In this document: piece by piece, positions 20,813 to 30,300 of the stretch
Numbering within the stretch: position 1 is the first letter of the stretch
How the letters are laid out: each line of letters opens with the position of its first letter
Assembly: GCA_964484805.1 (NCBI GenBank)
Contig: CAZAGU010000004.1
Coordinates: 1-44,291, forward strand
Reading direction: 5' to 3'
DNA: 44,291 nucleotides
Origin: an uncultured bacterium
GTDB taxonomy: Bacteria > Electryoneota > AABM5-125-24 > Hatepunaeales > Hatepunaeaceae
Translations under genes and position numbers: made by a program
The notes under the pieces: model-generated
Told to the model about the DNA's origin: nothing
Database searches by the model: none
Seen by the model: the letters and a program-made list of their open reading frames with translations, nothing else

Positions 20813-20850
20813 CAACAATCCCCTCAAAACGGAAATTGAGGGGATTGTTG
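20813..20850. terminator. Intrinsic terminator hairpin between convergent genes
   Basis: Perfect 15-bp stem CAACAATCCCCTCAA / TTGAGGGGATTGTTG with T runs nearby on both strands. Confidence 0.8.
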
Positions 20851-20875
20851 CGAATTTTTTACAATGACAAACAGC

Positions 20876-23800
20876 CTACTTCAGCATCACGACTTTCATC
20901 CTGTCGGAAACCGAATTACACTGAACTTCCACGAAGTAAATGCCACTGGTGAAGCTCTCGCCGTCAACATTTGCTGAAGCGACACCTGCTTCAAGTACAC
21001 CCAGCGATCTGGCTGTAATCTGCCGTCCGTTTACATCAAACACTGCCAGCTTAACTTCTCCGCGAAGCGGTAGGTTGAACGTCAGCTTTGTTTGATGGTT
21101 AAATGGGTTCGGGTAGGCGGATTGAATGCCAAACTTGGTCGGGATAGCATTGGCTTCATCCAGTGAAATGACCCAGAAGGAATCTTCAACCCATTCTGCT
21201 TTGCCTTGCAGACTTTCATACATTGCAGGCACGATTTCTTTCCCATCGTGAAGCACAATCCGCAATTCATCGCCAGAACGAGCGCCTTCAATCGCACTAG
21301 TCGTCGGGTCATCACCCCAGATTGCCACACCGGATTTGCTATCTGACAACACGCCGGAACCAACCAGCATATCGCCACTATACACACCGATTTCACCGGT
21401 CAAGCCTCTATCGTTGACCACAAGCAGGCTCATGTTTGAGCCAGTCGCAATGACTTGCGGAAGATAATGTGTGGATTGTTCAACAGTGCTCGCAACTTGG
21501 GCGCGCCTTTCTTCCATTGGTCTGAGCTGATAGCGAAGCTCCATATCGCCATCCATTTTAACCAGATAGCCTTGTCCTTCAGCCAGATCACCCATATTGC
21601 TGAAATCCCATTCCGGGTTGTAAAAATAGCCTCCGCCATCTTTGGCTAATATCAACTGGTCGCTGATGGCGGAAAATGCAATCATAGCATCCACAGATAT
21701 ACGGGGATAGTAGGAAATCAACTGCCAGCCATCAAGCAATGCGATCGGATCATCTGACATCACTGTTATCCCCTGAAGGAGCAATTCATCGGCGGATTCC
21801 AGCTTAAACATGTAGCCCATGGAAACCAACCATGGGTCCAAATTGCTAAAATCGTGCTCGGGTGAATAGAAATGACCTTCACCATCTTTCACCAGAAGCA
21901 GTGAACCATTGCCAACCATACTCTGCGTGATCTCGACAATATCGTCCGGGTCTGGTTGCAGATTGATCGACACCATATTCCAGCCGCGCTCCATTTCCAG
22001 AGTCCGTTCTGTCCAGACAGGACCCTCAACAACGTCAAACACAACAGGCATCACAAACTCGCCACCACTGGCATTATGATCGAAGATAAACATGCCTTCA
22101 AATGTGTCAAACGAGAGACCTTCTGCGTTCAGATTTACACTGAATTCCTGACTTCCGCCAGCTTCAATTTCGCCCGCTTCCGGCTCAATAGTAAACCAGC
22201 TCCGCTTGGAATCTAGATTCCAAATGTCAATGCGATCACCGCCAGCTTCATCAGACGTGCTCACTACACTTAGCAAAACCACGCTGTACTGGTCATATTG
22301 CTCCGTGATGGCGATGCTTTCTGGAGAACCACCAAGTTCATGATTTAGCACTCTGACTTCCTGAATCTGACCATTTCCCGGGTTGCATTTACTGATGGCT
22401 GGAATCAGTTCATCACCGTTGCGATGTTGAATGTAAAGGGGGAAGCCATCGGGGTCATCAGCCCAGTAAGCCAAGCCATAAAGGCGCAAGCCTTGCCGAT
22501 CGATTTGCATCTGTTCCTCGCCTTGGCGATCTACCGCCATGATGTCGCGAACAGTCATGGCTATCCAGAACCATTGCCGGTCGGGATCCCAGGCAATGCT
22601 GCTAATGGAATTCAACGGGCTTTCAAAGCTGGGTCCTGCCTCACCATCAAGTTCGATAGCATACACATGATCCTGCGCTGCACCCCAGATGTACTCACCA
22701 TCCCAAGTAAGATCGCGCATCTTTTCCCCCTCAGCAACTGGCTGTGGGAAAGTCTCAACCAGATCGCCACCCTCATTGAGCACGTAAATTACCGGATCGC
22801 GATCGTTTTCACCGGCTACATAGTAGAAGTCATTCACCCTCACAACACCCCGGACGCGGGAATCTTCAACTGTAGCGCCTGCCATGATAGACTCGCGCCA
22901 AGCCCCAGGTTCAACTTCCGCCTCTTCGATCAGTCGTTTGGAGATCGAGTACTCTAAAGTCCCATTGCCTTGGTTGGCGACGGTAAAGCTGGTCTCAACA
23001 TTGCCATCCAGACCTGTTTCACCTAAAATTTGCTGAGCGGATGGTTCAAATTCCGGATGATTCAAACTGAATTCGACCCAAAGGGAATCATTTTCTTCTA
23101 GCTCTAAGCCATCAATGGTAGAGGTATTATAACCAAGAAGCGAAGCACTCACAGAAAACTCACCACGAGGTCCATAAAGGAGGTAGAAGACACCTTCCTC
23201 GTCAGTGTCTATCCGGTGCCCCTGTGAGGTTTCAACTCTAACGCCTTCTAGTGGTGAATCATCATCAGCATTAGTGACAATGCCAGCCAACACGCCACCA
23301 TGATCTGGGCCTGTCATTTTTATTTCCAAGCCATAGTCACCGGCATTCTGATGAGAGAATCCTTCACCGTAACCATTGGATGACATCATCGACATAGGCA
23401 TACTAGAGTTAGTGCCGGCAATCGGCGGTGTTTCATCGCTACCAAATGTCCCGCCCTCAACCCAGTAATAAACGACAACTAAGCCTTCGCCGTCGTGAAT
23501 GGTGATTTGATCCTCTTCAGGAAGTTCAAATTCAACGTATTGGTTGGCATCGGTCTGAACAGTTCCTTCCCATTCTGGTTCAATCTCAATATCTTCTAAA
23601 TCCTGCCCTATCTCGAAGATATAAATCTTAAACAGAGCTTCCAGATTCTCCGCGGCAATTGCTGCCCGGAAATGCGTAATCCAAAGTGGAATAGGTCCAC
23701 CAGGGTGATCGAAGCGTATCGCCCAACCGTTGCCGGGCTGATAATTGGTCGCTCCTTCCAGATTGCCATCTGTGAAGCTTAGCCATTCGTCACGGCTTGT

Positions 23801-24877
23801 TTCCTGATCGAAAACAATTTGATCGAGCCCGTATGTGTCATTCTCATCATTGGCATCATCATCGGCATCAATGGTGACCCAGACAGTGTAAAGCCCAACA
23901 TCATCGCCGATTTCCCAGACATCTTCGCAGGCTACTTCAATCAGCCCGTCTTCATCAATGCCATCAACGTCAACGACACTTTCAAAAACGACATCATTAT
24001 CCATATCCCGGACGACAAATTCCACTTGGAATTCTTCAACTGCCGCTCCTTCGTTGGCGATTTCAGCGAAGAGATTCCGCTCGGAACCTGCACAGACAAC
24101 CCAGCGTCTGTCTTCCATCTCTTCGGCGTTATAAACTGAAGTTACAGCCAAATCGACGAATTCACCAGTGTATTCACCGTTAGCGCGAATAAACAGATCT
24201 CCACCAATCTGTGTCCAACCACCATGATCCTCCGCAACTTCAACTCTATAACAGCTGCGGTTAACATCCGAACCGCCATCCCAAACAATCCACCAGCCGG
24301 AACCTTCACCGTTGCCGGGATAGTCACCGCCAGGTGCAGGGCCGAAAATAATAGAAAAGCGCTCCCCGCCTTCAAATGACACTCGGTCATCCTCGTCAAA
24401 TTCAATCCAATGCCAATTGTTTTCCACGTTATCACCATCCCAGTCTCTCACCTCGTCTATGCGGCCTTCCCAGACAAGCTCGTCGAGATTGTGGTTGTCC
24501 TGATTTTCGCGGTAAACTAAAATATCACAGGGCGCATTAGGGTTTGGCCCTGTGTTGAGAGGCATGACACTTACGCCCCAAAGGTCAAATTCGGCATTGG
24601 GAGTGAAACTTACCCTTGCCCAGTAATTTACCCCAGTTGTAAGGGTGGCTGGATCAGAATTGTCGTAAAATATCCAGTCTTCGCCCGGATCATCACGAAC
24701 TGGGCCTCGTTGTGGGTTTTCGATGTCCGCGTTTTGGTTAAAATTCGCGGGATGAAATTCTCCCTCTCCATTACTATTAGTATAATCGAGAGTGACTAAG
24801 TTGCTTGCGTTAGCATCAGAAATGAATACAAATGCTAAGCTTAGTAGCAGAGTGAAAATAGAAAGTACTTTTCGCAT
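20876..24877 (-). CDS. Large acidic secreted protein with carboxypeptidase-regulatory-like/Ig domains, a beta-propeller-like region and a C-terminal T9SS type A sorting domain
   Basis: GGAGG RBS before ATG 24877 and a signal peptide; G.LAGIVT...PLEGVRV and GWNMVSINL repeats; C-terminal AYPNPFN...VFDVNGR...SGIYFV...KVVMLK. Confidence 0.88.
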   Translation of the reverse strand: MRKVLSIFTLLLSLAFVFISDANASNLVTLDYTNSNGEGEFHPANFNQNADIENPQRGPVRDDPGEDWIFYDNSDPATLTTGVNYWARVSFTPNAEFDLWGVSVMPLNTGPNPNAPCDILVYRENQDNHNLDELVWEGRIDEVRDWDGDNVENNWHWIEFDEDDRVSFEGGERFSIIFGPAPGGDYPGNGEGSGWWIVWDGGSDVNRSCYRVEVAEDHGGWTQIGGDLFIRANGEYTGEFVDLAVTSVYNAEEMEDRRWVVCAGSERNLFAEIANEGAAVEEFQVEFVVRDMDNDVVFESVVDVDGIDEDGLIEVACEDVWEIGDDVGLYTVWVTIDADDDANDENDTYGLDQIVFDQETSRDEWLSFTDGNLEGATNYQPGNGWAIRFDHPGGPIPLWITHFRAAIAAENLEALFKIYIFEIGQDLEDIEIEPEWEGTVQTDANQYVEFELPEEDQITIHDGEGLVVVYYWVEGGTFGSDETPPIAGTNSSMPMSMMSSNGYGEGFSHQNAGDYGLEIKMTGPDHGGVLAGIVTNADDDSPLEGVRVETSQGHRIDTDEEGVFYLLYGPRGEFSVSASLLGYNTSTIDGLELEENDSLWVEFSLNHPEFEPSAQQILGETGLDGNVETSFTVANQGNGTLEYSISKRLIEEAEVEPGAWRESIMAGATVEDSRVRGVVRVNDFYYVAGENDRDPVIYVLNEGGDLVETFPQPVAEGEKMRDLTWDGEYIWGAAQDHVYAIELDGEAGPSFESPLNSISSIAWDPDRQWFWIAMTVRDIMAVDRQGEEQMQIDRQGLRLYGLAYWADDPDGFPLYIQHRNGDELIPAISKCNPGNGQIQEVRVLNHELGGSPESIAITEQYDQYSVVLLSVVSTSDEAGGDRIDIWNLDSKRSWFTIEPEAGEIEAGGSQEFSVNLNAEGLSFDTFEGMFIFDHNASGGEFVMPVVFDVVEGPVWTERTLEMERGWNMVSINLQPDPDDIVEITQSMVGNGSLLLVKDGEGHFYSPEHDFSNLDPWLVSMGYMFKLESADELLLQGITVMSDDPIALLDGWQLISYYPRISVDAMIAFSAISDQLILAKDGGGYFYNPEWDFSNMGDLAEGQGYLVKMDGDMELRYQLRPMEERRAQVASTVEQSTHYLPQVIATGSNMSLLVVNDRGLTGEIGVYSGDMLVGSGVLSDSKSGVAIWGDDPTTSAIEGARSGDELRIVLHDGKEIVPAMYESLQGKAEWVEDSFWVISLDEANAIPTKFGIQSAYPNPFNHQTKLTFNLPLRGEVKLAVFDVNGRQITARSLGVLEAGVASANVDGESFTSGIYFVEVQCNSVSDRMKVVMLK

Positions 24878-24993
24878 GATTACCTCCAAATGTCTAGTGC
24901 GTTCATCAAAGTTGCGGACTCTATGCAAATAAGAAAAATCACATTTACAGGAAGGTCTGGCAATTACACAAGTAGAGTCAAAACTTTGTCTAA

Positions 24994-25851
24994 TCAGGAG
25001 ACACTGACCAACTCCTCAGCATATCTGATACTCTCCTGAACCTCTTCAAGCAACTGTTCAACCTGCTCGAGAGGGACTCCAATCGATAGCCAGACACTTT
25101 CTGTGAAAGTGTTCGAATAAATATCAAGACCGTTGTCAAAATCGAGGTAGTTACATATTGAATTTGCCACATTTACAAGGTCGGAAATTTCCCTTTCCGT
25201 ACGACGGGGATCAATCGGTAAATGATGATCGCGAACCGCTTGCGAGACCGAATCATCGACGGGCCACCATTTTTTCATGAACCGGAAACCCAATTCAGCA
25301 TGATCTATATCAAAGTATTCGCGTTCGCGCATCGGAAGTGAAACCCGCTGTGATCCAACTTTCCCAAGGAAAAAACCATATTCTTTTGGCGCTAACTGCA
25401 GAAACACCAGCACACCAACATCGTGCATTAAACCTGCAAGATAGGCATTTTCAATCTCAGAAATTCCAAATCCCAGTCGCCGACACAGCGATTGGGCAAA
25501 CACACCCACAGCAATGGAATGTCGCCAGAATCGCTTGTGGTCTATTACTGTAAATTTACTAAAAAGTTTTGTAAATTCAAGGGAGTAAACAAGTTCTTTT
25601 ATTGTTTTGTGACCCAATCGTGTAATCGCCATTGTCAAGGTTGAAACTTCACGCCTACCGCTACTGTAAAAAGCACTGTTGGCAACCTGAAGAATTCGTC
25701 CCACCAATGACGCATCAGATTTTATTAAATCCGCCACAGACCGATCGCTCACCGTTGGCTTGCGCAATTCTTCTTCAAGTCTTGAAACCACATCTGGAAA
25801 TGACGGAAGGTTTTGGTTCTCTTCAATCAGATCAACTAAAAGCTGTCGCAT
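24994..25851 (-). CDS. HDOD domain protein
   Basis: LPSFP, D..L..RIL.VANS.FY, AITRLG, FWRHS, AGLMHDVG, DHAELG and HH motifs. Confidence 0.92.
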   Translation of the reverse strand: MRQLLVDLIEENQNLPSFPDVVSRLEEELRKPTVSDRSVADLIKSDASLVGRILQVANSAFYSSGRREVSTLTMAITRLGHKTIKELVYSLEFTKLFSKFTVIDHKRFWRHSIAVGVFAQSLCRRLGFGISEIENAYLAGLMHDVGVLVFLQLAPKEYGFFLGKVGSQRVSLPMREREYFDIDHAELGFRFMKKWWPVDDSVSQAVRDHHLPIDPRRTEREISDLVNVANSICNYLDFDNGLDIYSNTFTESVWLSIGVPLEQVEQLLEEVQESIRYAEELVSVS

Positions 25852-26094
25852 TTTTACCCTGAAGGTTTGTTAAACTGAAACCGTTGCAACTCAAATCGTA
25901 ATTTGCTTTTTGGTCATGAAACATGATTTCAACCAAATCTTCATTACATCTGTTAATCGTATGAACCTTATAATGTAGTTCTTCAATTCGTTAAAGCTGG
26001 ATAGAAATTGGCAACCAAACGTTTTCAAAGAAATCATTGGAGTAATCCAACCCCTCAATAAAGCCGTGGGAGTTAGATATTTTGTTTACGCCTT

Positions 26095-26100
26095 TATAAT
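26095..26100 (+). promoter_or_regulatory. Sigma-70 -10 box for the candidate ncRNA
   Basis: Perfect TATAAT 12 nt before the first paired base of the structured region. No good -35 is visible. Confidence 0.45.
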
Positions 26101-26106
26101 TCTGGA

Positions 26107-26579
26107 ATCTTCCCGTTTAATTCTAGCGAGGAGCAACCGGCAAATGGTGGTTGTAAACTGCAATATGTACGGATCTGAATTGGCTGAATAAGAGAAGCCC
26201 GGAATGAGGTGACCGACAGGTAGCCAATCTGTAGGGCTTATTCTATTATCGTCGAACCTTGGAGTTTATTAGGCTTCAATTTTCAGACGAATTGCCTCCG
26301 TTCAAGTTAGGTTTGTCGTTGTCCGATGGTCTGGTTGGCTAATCCAGACACACGTTCAAGCCATTGTACGTGATAAACGACAATGGATGGTTGAGACGTG
26401 AGAAAGTCTCATCGGTGAATAGAACTCACAATTAAGGCTTACACATCATTTTGCGATTCCTCCGATAGCTACCCAGCGATTTTTCATGCTTTTCCCGGGG
26501 CTAATCGTTTTAAGTGAATTAGAACGGGCTTACCCTCTTAGGTTGCAAACGTGGCAACTCAATTTAGAGAGTGTTTTTT
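26107..26579 (+). ncRNA. Candidate large structured non-coding RNA (family not recognised)
   Basis: No ORF. Nested long-range stems 26112-26123/26516-26528, 26146-26154/26465-26473, 26169-26173/26297-26301 and 26323-26328/26410-26415, several local hairpins, complementary loops TAGCCAA/TTGGCTA, and G-U pairs that imply the + strand. Confidence 0.7.
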
Positions 26580-26847
26580 ATCCTCTTACTCAGCACGGCA
26601 CAACAAAAATAATACCCTCAAAGATATGCAGCATCGCTCCTTTATGCCTTTAGCACAGCAGACCAGCGCAACAAAAGAAGACCATTTGATAATGTTTAAT
26701 TTGACATCTAACCCACATGGTCGTGGAAAAGCATCAGTATTTTCTATATGACTCTGAGGTTTTCAATCTAGTTCATAACTGTTGGCAACAATTCTCAAAC
26801 TGGATCTCGTTCACATTAACAAATTGCCTTGCGGCGCCAAAAATACA

Positions 26848-27243
26848 TCAGATAGAATTACCACCCTTGCGCCAGCGTTGAACTCGCTCCAGTGCCTGCT
26901 CTGCCGCTAACACAATTGCATTCAGATCGAAAGGCTTCAGAAAGTAATCATCAAAACCAGCCTCTCGGCAAGCGACGAGATCAAAAACTGAAGAGTAGGA
27001 TGTAATCGCGAAAAATACTGACAACGGGTTATCGTTCTTCAGGATTTTACACAATTCTATCCCATCCATTTCTGGAAGCTTAATATCCAGAAAAAACAGA
27101 TCAAACCTGTTACGTCGGGCAATGTCAATCGCTTCCTCGCCACTTGACGCAAGGAATGTGTTTAAATTCTGCCGTTGAAGCCCTTTTTGCAACATCGTCT
27201 GAATCATGACAACATCGTCCACCACTAGAACCTTCGGTTCCAT
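26848..27243 (-). CDS. Single-domain response regulator
   Basis: VVDD, FLDIKLPEMDG, AITS and LKPF motifs; GGAGG RBS. Confidence 0.92.
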   Translation of the reverse strand: MEPKVLVVDDVVMIQTMLQKGLQRQNLNTFLASSGEEAIDIARRNRFDLFFLDIKLPEMDGIELCKILKNDNPLSVFFAITSYSSVFDLVACREAGFDDYFLKPFDLNAIVLAAEQALERVQRWRKGGNSI

Positions 27244-27363
27244 TAATTCCTCCTTATGGAATGAAAGGATAGTACCTTCGGCGCTGGCAAATCAATTAGT
27301 ATAAATGTTGAATATAACTTTAATGTATCAAAAATTGCGAATATAGCAAGCAACAAATTCACT

Positions 27364-30300
27364 TCAAATTGTGTTCCGCCTGAACTTAGCTGAAATCTGA
27401 GTGAAAATTATCAACAAAATCGCAATTCCGATAAGCATCCAGCCGTTGATCTGATAAGACAAATCCTTGATAATGAGATATGGCTGGGCATAATCCAGCA
27501 GATGAAACACCATCGCGGCGATAATCAAATGCCAGGTCTTGCCTGTCATCAGCCACTTCGCGCCATAAGTGTAGATCAAGACCTTGAACAACGCACCCAC
27601 CATTGACCAAAGATATTCACCGTTCGAAGGATTGATGCCTTGCCTGAAATCATTGCCCGCGAACACAGCCACCGTGATAATAATTATCAGCCAGCGAAAC
27701 CAGCTTTTCCGTATCACATGAAACAGAATCGCCTGCGTAATCATCAATCCTGAGCCAAGCACAATTGACAGAAAAATCAGCCTGGTGAAATCGTGAAACC
27801 AGGGCAAGTACGACGTAGCTGATTCCACGACACTCAGCGGGAACAGATGCTTGGGCATATCAGCGACCGCCGTAAACTCATTGAAAATCCACGCTGAAGC
27901 TAACAGCAATCCGGCAAACGGGAGCACTCGCCACAAGTTCAAACTATTCGCGCCCGATTCAGATTTACCGCCATCTATTCCCATCCCACGCGCCAGACTT
28001 TCTGCCAGCGCAACCAGCACAACAGCACTTAAGGACGTGAATATGGTCAACATTCCGAAACGCATTATTTCCACAGTGTAGTAGGTGGGCAGGGGATTAC
28101 TTGAGTTATAATTCCAGTAAAATGTCGGCAGATTGTTCACCCAGCTCAGGCAAGAAGCGATAAAAACCACAGCCCCGGCAATGATACCATTTCGCCAGCG
28201 CAAATCATGCTTGACAAGCCTTTTTCCAAGATTAAGCACGCAGTACACCGCCATGCCTAACAACAGCCCGATCATCAACGCGCCAAGAATCGTGCTCAAC
28301 AAAGTCGTCTCCTTCTCGCGCCGCGTCCATGTTTCAGGAACATAAATTCCCCCCAGCCGCCGAGCAATCACCTCATCACCCTTGATATTCACATATCGGA
28401 CTAACTTAGCTTCAGCCACCACAGGTTCTGTCGTCTTCCACATAAAATAATGATCGACACGGTTCGGCTGTTGTTTGTCAGAAGCTGAGACCAGCTCGTA
28501 TTTCTGCCAGTCTGGCTCAATGCTTTTGAACGCCTGTTCGGCAATAACCTGAGCGGAATCCAGCGTCAGTTGGGCCCCAGCAAGTGAATCGGGGATTTCA
28601 TGCAACACATCATATATTCCATGAACTTTGTCAATGCTGACCTTGAAAGACTCCAGCTCGTCGGGCTTCTGGAAATTGATTAGCCATCGGGACATTGGCG
28701 CGCCGTGCTCGCCAAACAGCAGATATCGCGCCATCTCAAGGTCGCCAAATTTCTTCAGATAAGGGAGATTCCGGTTCAAACCTTTCTCAACTCCCGCCTC
28801 AAACTGCATATTATATTCAATATCGGTGACCGTCATCAGGTAGTCGTCGGGGTTGATCGCATATTTTTCAACAACTTGTTCCTTCGCCAACGCAACGGCT
28901 TCCGAGCGGCTGACGGTGGGCTGATAGGAATCGCCAAGATAATTCGAGTACGGCAGGAAGATAAACGCCATCCCGACTATGCCCAAGATCAGCGCTACCT
29001 TTTTCTTGCCAGGAGTCCAGTAGGACGCTTTGTCTTTGGCGGGTTCAATTTCAACCTTTACCGGCTTCTCACGGCGGAAAACCTGCTCCCACTGTGGCAG
29101 TTCTGGGTTTGCCTGATTAATGATCTCACCTTCGTCAGCAAAGCCACGTTTGCGCAAATAGACAATTCCCGCCCAGATGCCGGGAATGGCAAGCGCGCCA
29201 CAGACTATCAAACCGGATACCATAAGATAGGTGTTCGAAGATTGGAACAGAAACAAACCGATGAACACCGCATCAATCACAAAATGCCAGACCAGCGTCG
29301 CCCAGATGCCAAATCTTAGCATGACAACGCCTGCAATGATGCCGATGATTCCCACCTCAACGCCGCGTACGTAGCCGGGAATTTGAGCATAACTCGAATG
29401 CAAAAAACCCCACATAAAAGCCGGAATGATGACTGCCAGAACCACTGATTTGGTCAACTTGCGGAAGAATGACACTCCGAATAATCTGAACCAGAGTTCC
29501 TCAGTCAATGAAGCCCCTAAGGAAGCCGCAAGCGGCAATAGCCAGGGTAGGTAGGATGAAATCGAATTGCTGTAAGGAATATCCGCCGGCGCCCAGAAGC
29601 CAAGTTTTTCCCCAAAAACATAGAAGAATACCAAAAATCCAAAATGAAACGCCGCCAGCAGATAACCCATGAGGGTGGCTTGAAAAAACTCACGACTACG
29701 GTATCCTGTTCGGGAGAGAAGATGCGAAAAAGAAACCTTGAAGGGATTTTCGCCGCGGTATAGATACTCACCACCAGCAACTAACAGCAGAACTAACGCA
29801 CCTTTGGAAAATCCGCTAAGTAAACCAATTAAAATTTGTTGAGTCAGAAAAACCGTGTAGGAACTCGTTGTGTCAAGCCTAAACTCCAGCAGCGGAAGCA
29901 TGTTAATGCTATTCAGGAAATCAGCCATTGCCAGAATAATCGCCAACATTCCAGCAGTCTTCCAAGGTATCTGTCGTGCTTTCAGATGTTTCAGGAGGTA
30001 AATAAACACGACAATCAGCATCAAAAATGCGAACAAGTTGGCTATGGTTTGGAACAGATCATTCTGTGAACGAATTTTCTTGTACTGATGAATCCATTCC
30101 TGCGGAATATCTAGATACTTATGAAAGCTACCAATTTCAGCGCCCTGAACCGTGATGGACATTCGGTAAGGTGCATCGGCAACCTTGAAGTTCCGCATCT
30201 GATAGGTTAAATAATGATCTCGCCGCTCAGGTTGCTCTTTGTTGGAAGATTCAACCAACTCCCATTGGTCAAGATCAAGTCCTAAAACATTTCTGATGAA

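Noticed and set aside
26048-26075. Weak hairpin resembling an IS200/IS605 end
   Set aside because: The stem is imperfect and there is no tnpA, tnpB or iscB remnant nearby.
26301-26330. AAGTTAGGTTTGTCGTTG recalls, from memory, the 5' end of a clostridial raiA-motif RNA
   Set aside because: The downstream raiA core and closing strand are not visible, and a short remembered match is not evidence. cmscan would settle it.
26516-26533. AGAACGGGCTTAC resembles the RNase P RNA 3' end (AGAACCCGGCUUA)
   Set aside because: No GAGGAAAGTC partner on either strand, and the segment pairs with 26112-26123 instead.
26551-26751. 66-aa ORF on the + strand
   Set aside because: GTG start without an RBS, no recognisable motif, and it overlaps the 3' hairpin of the RNA candidate.
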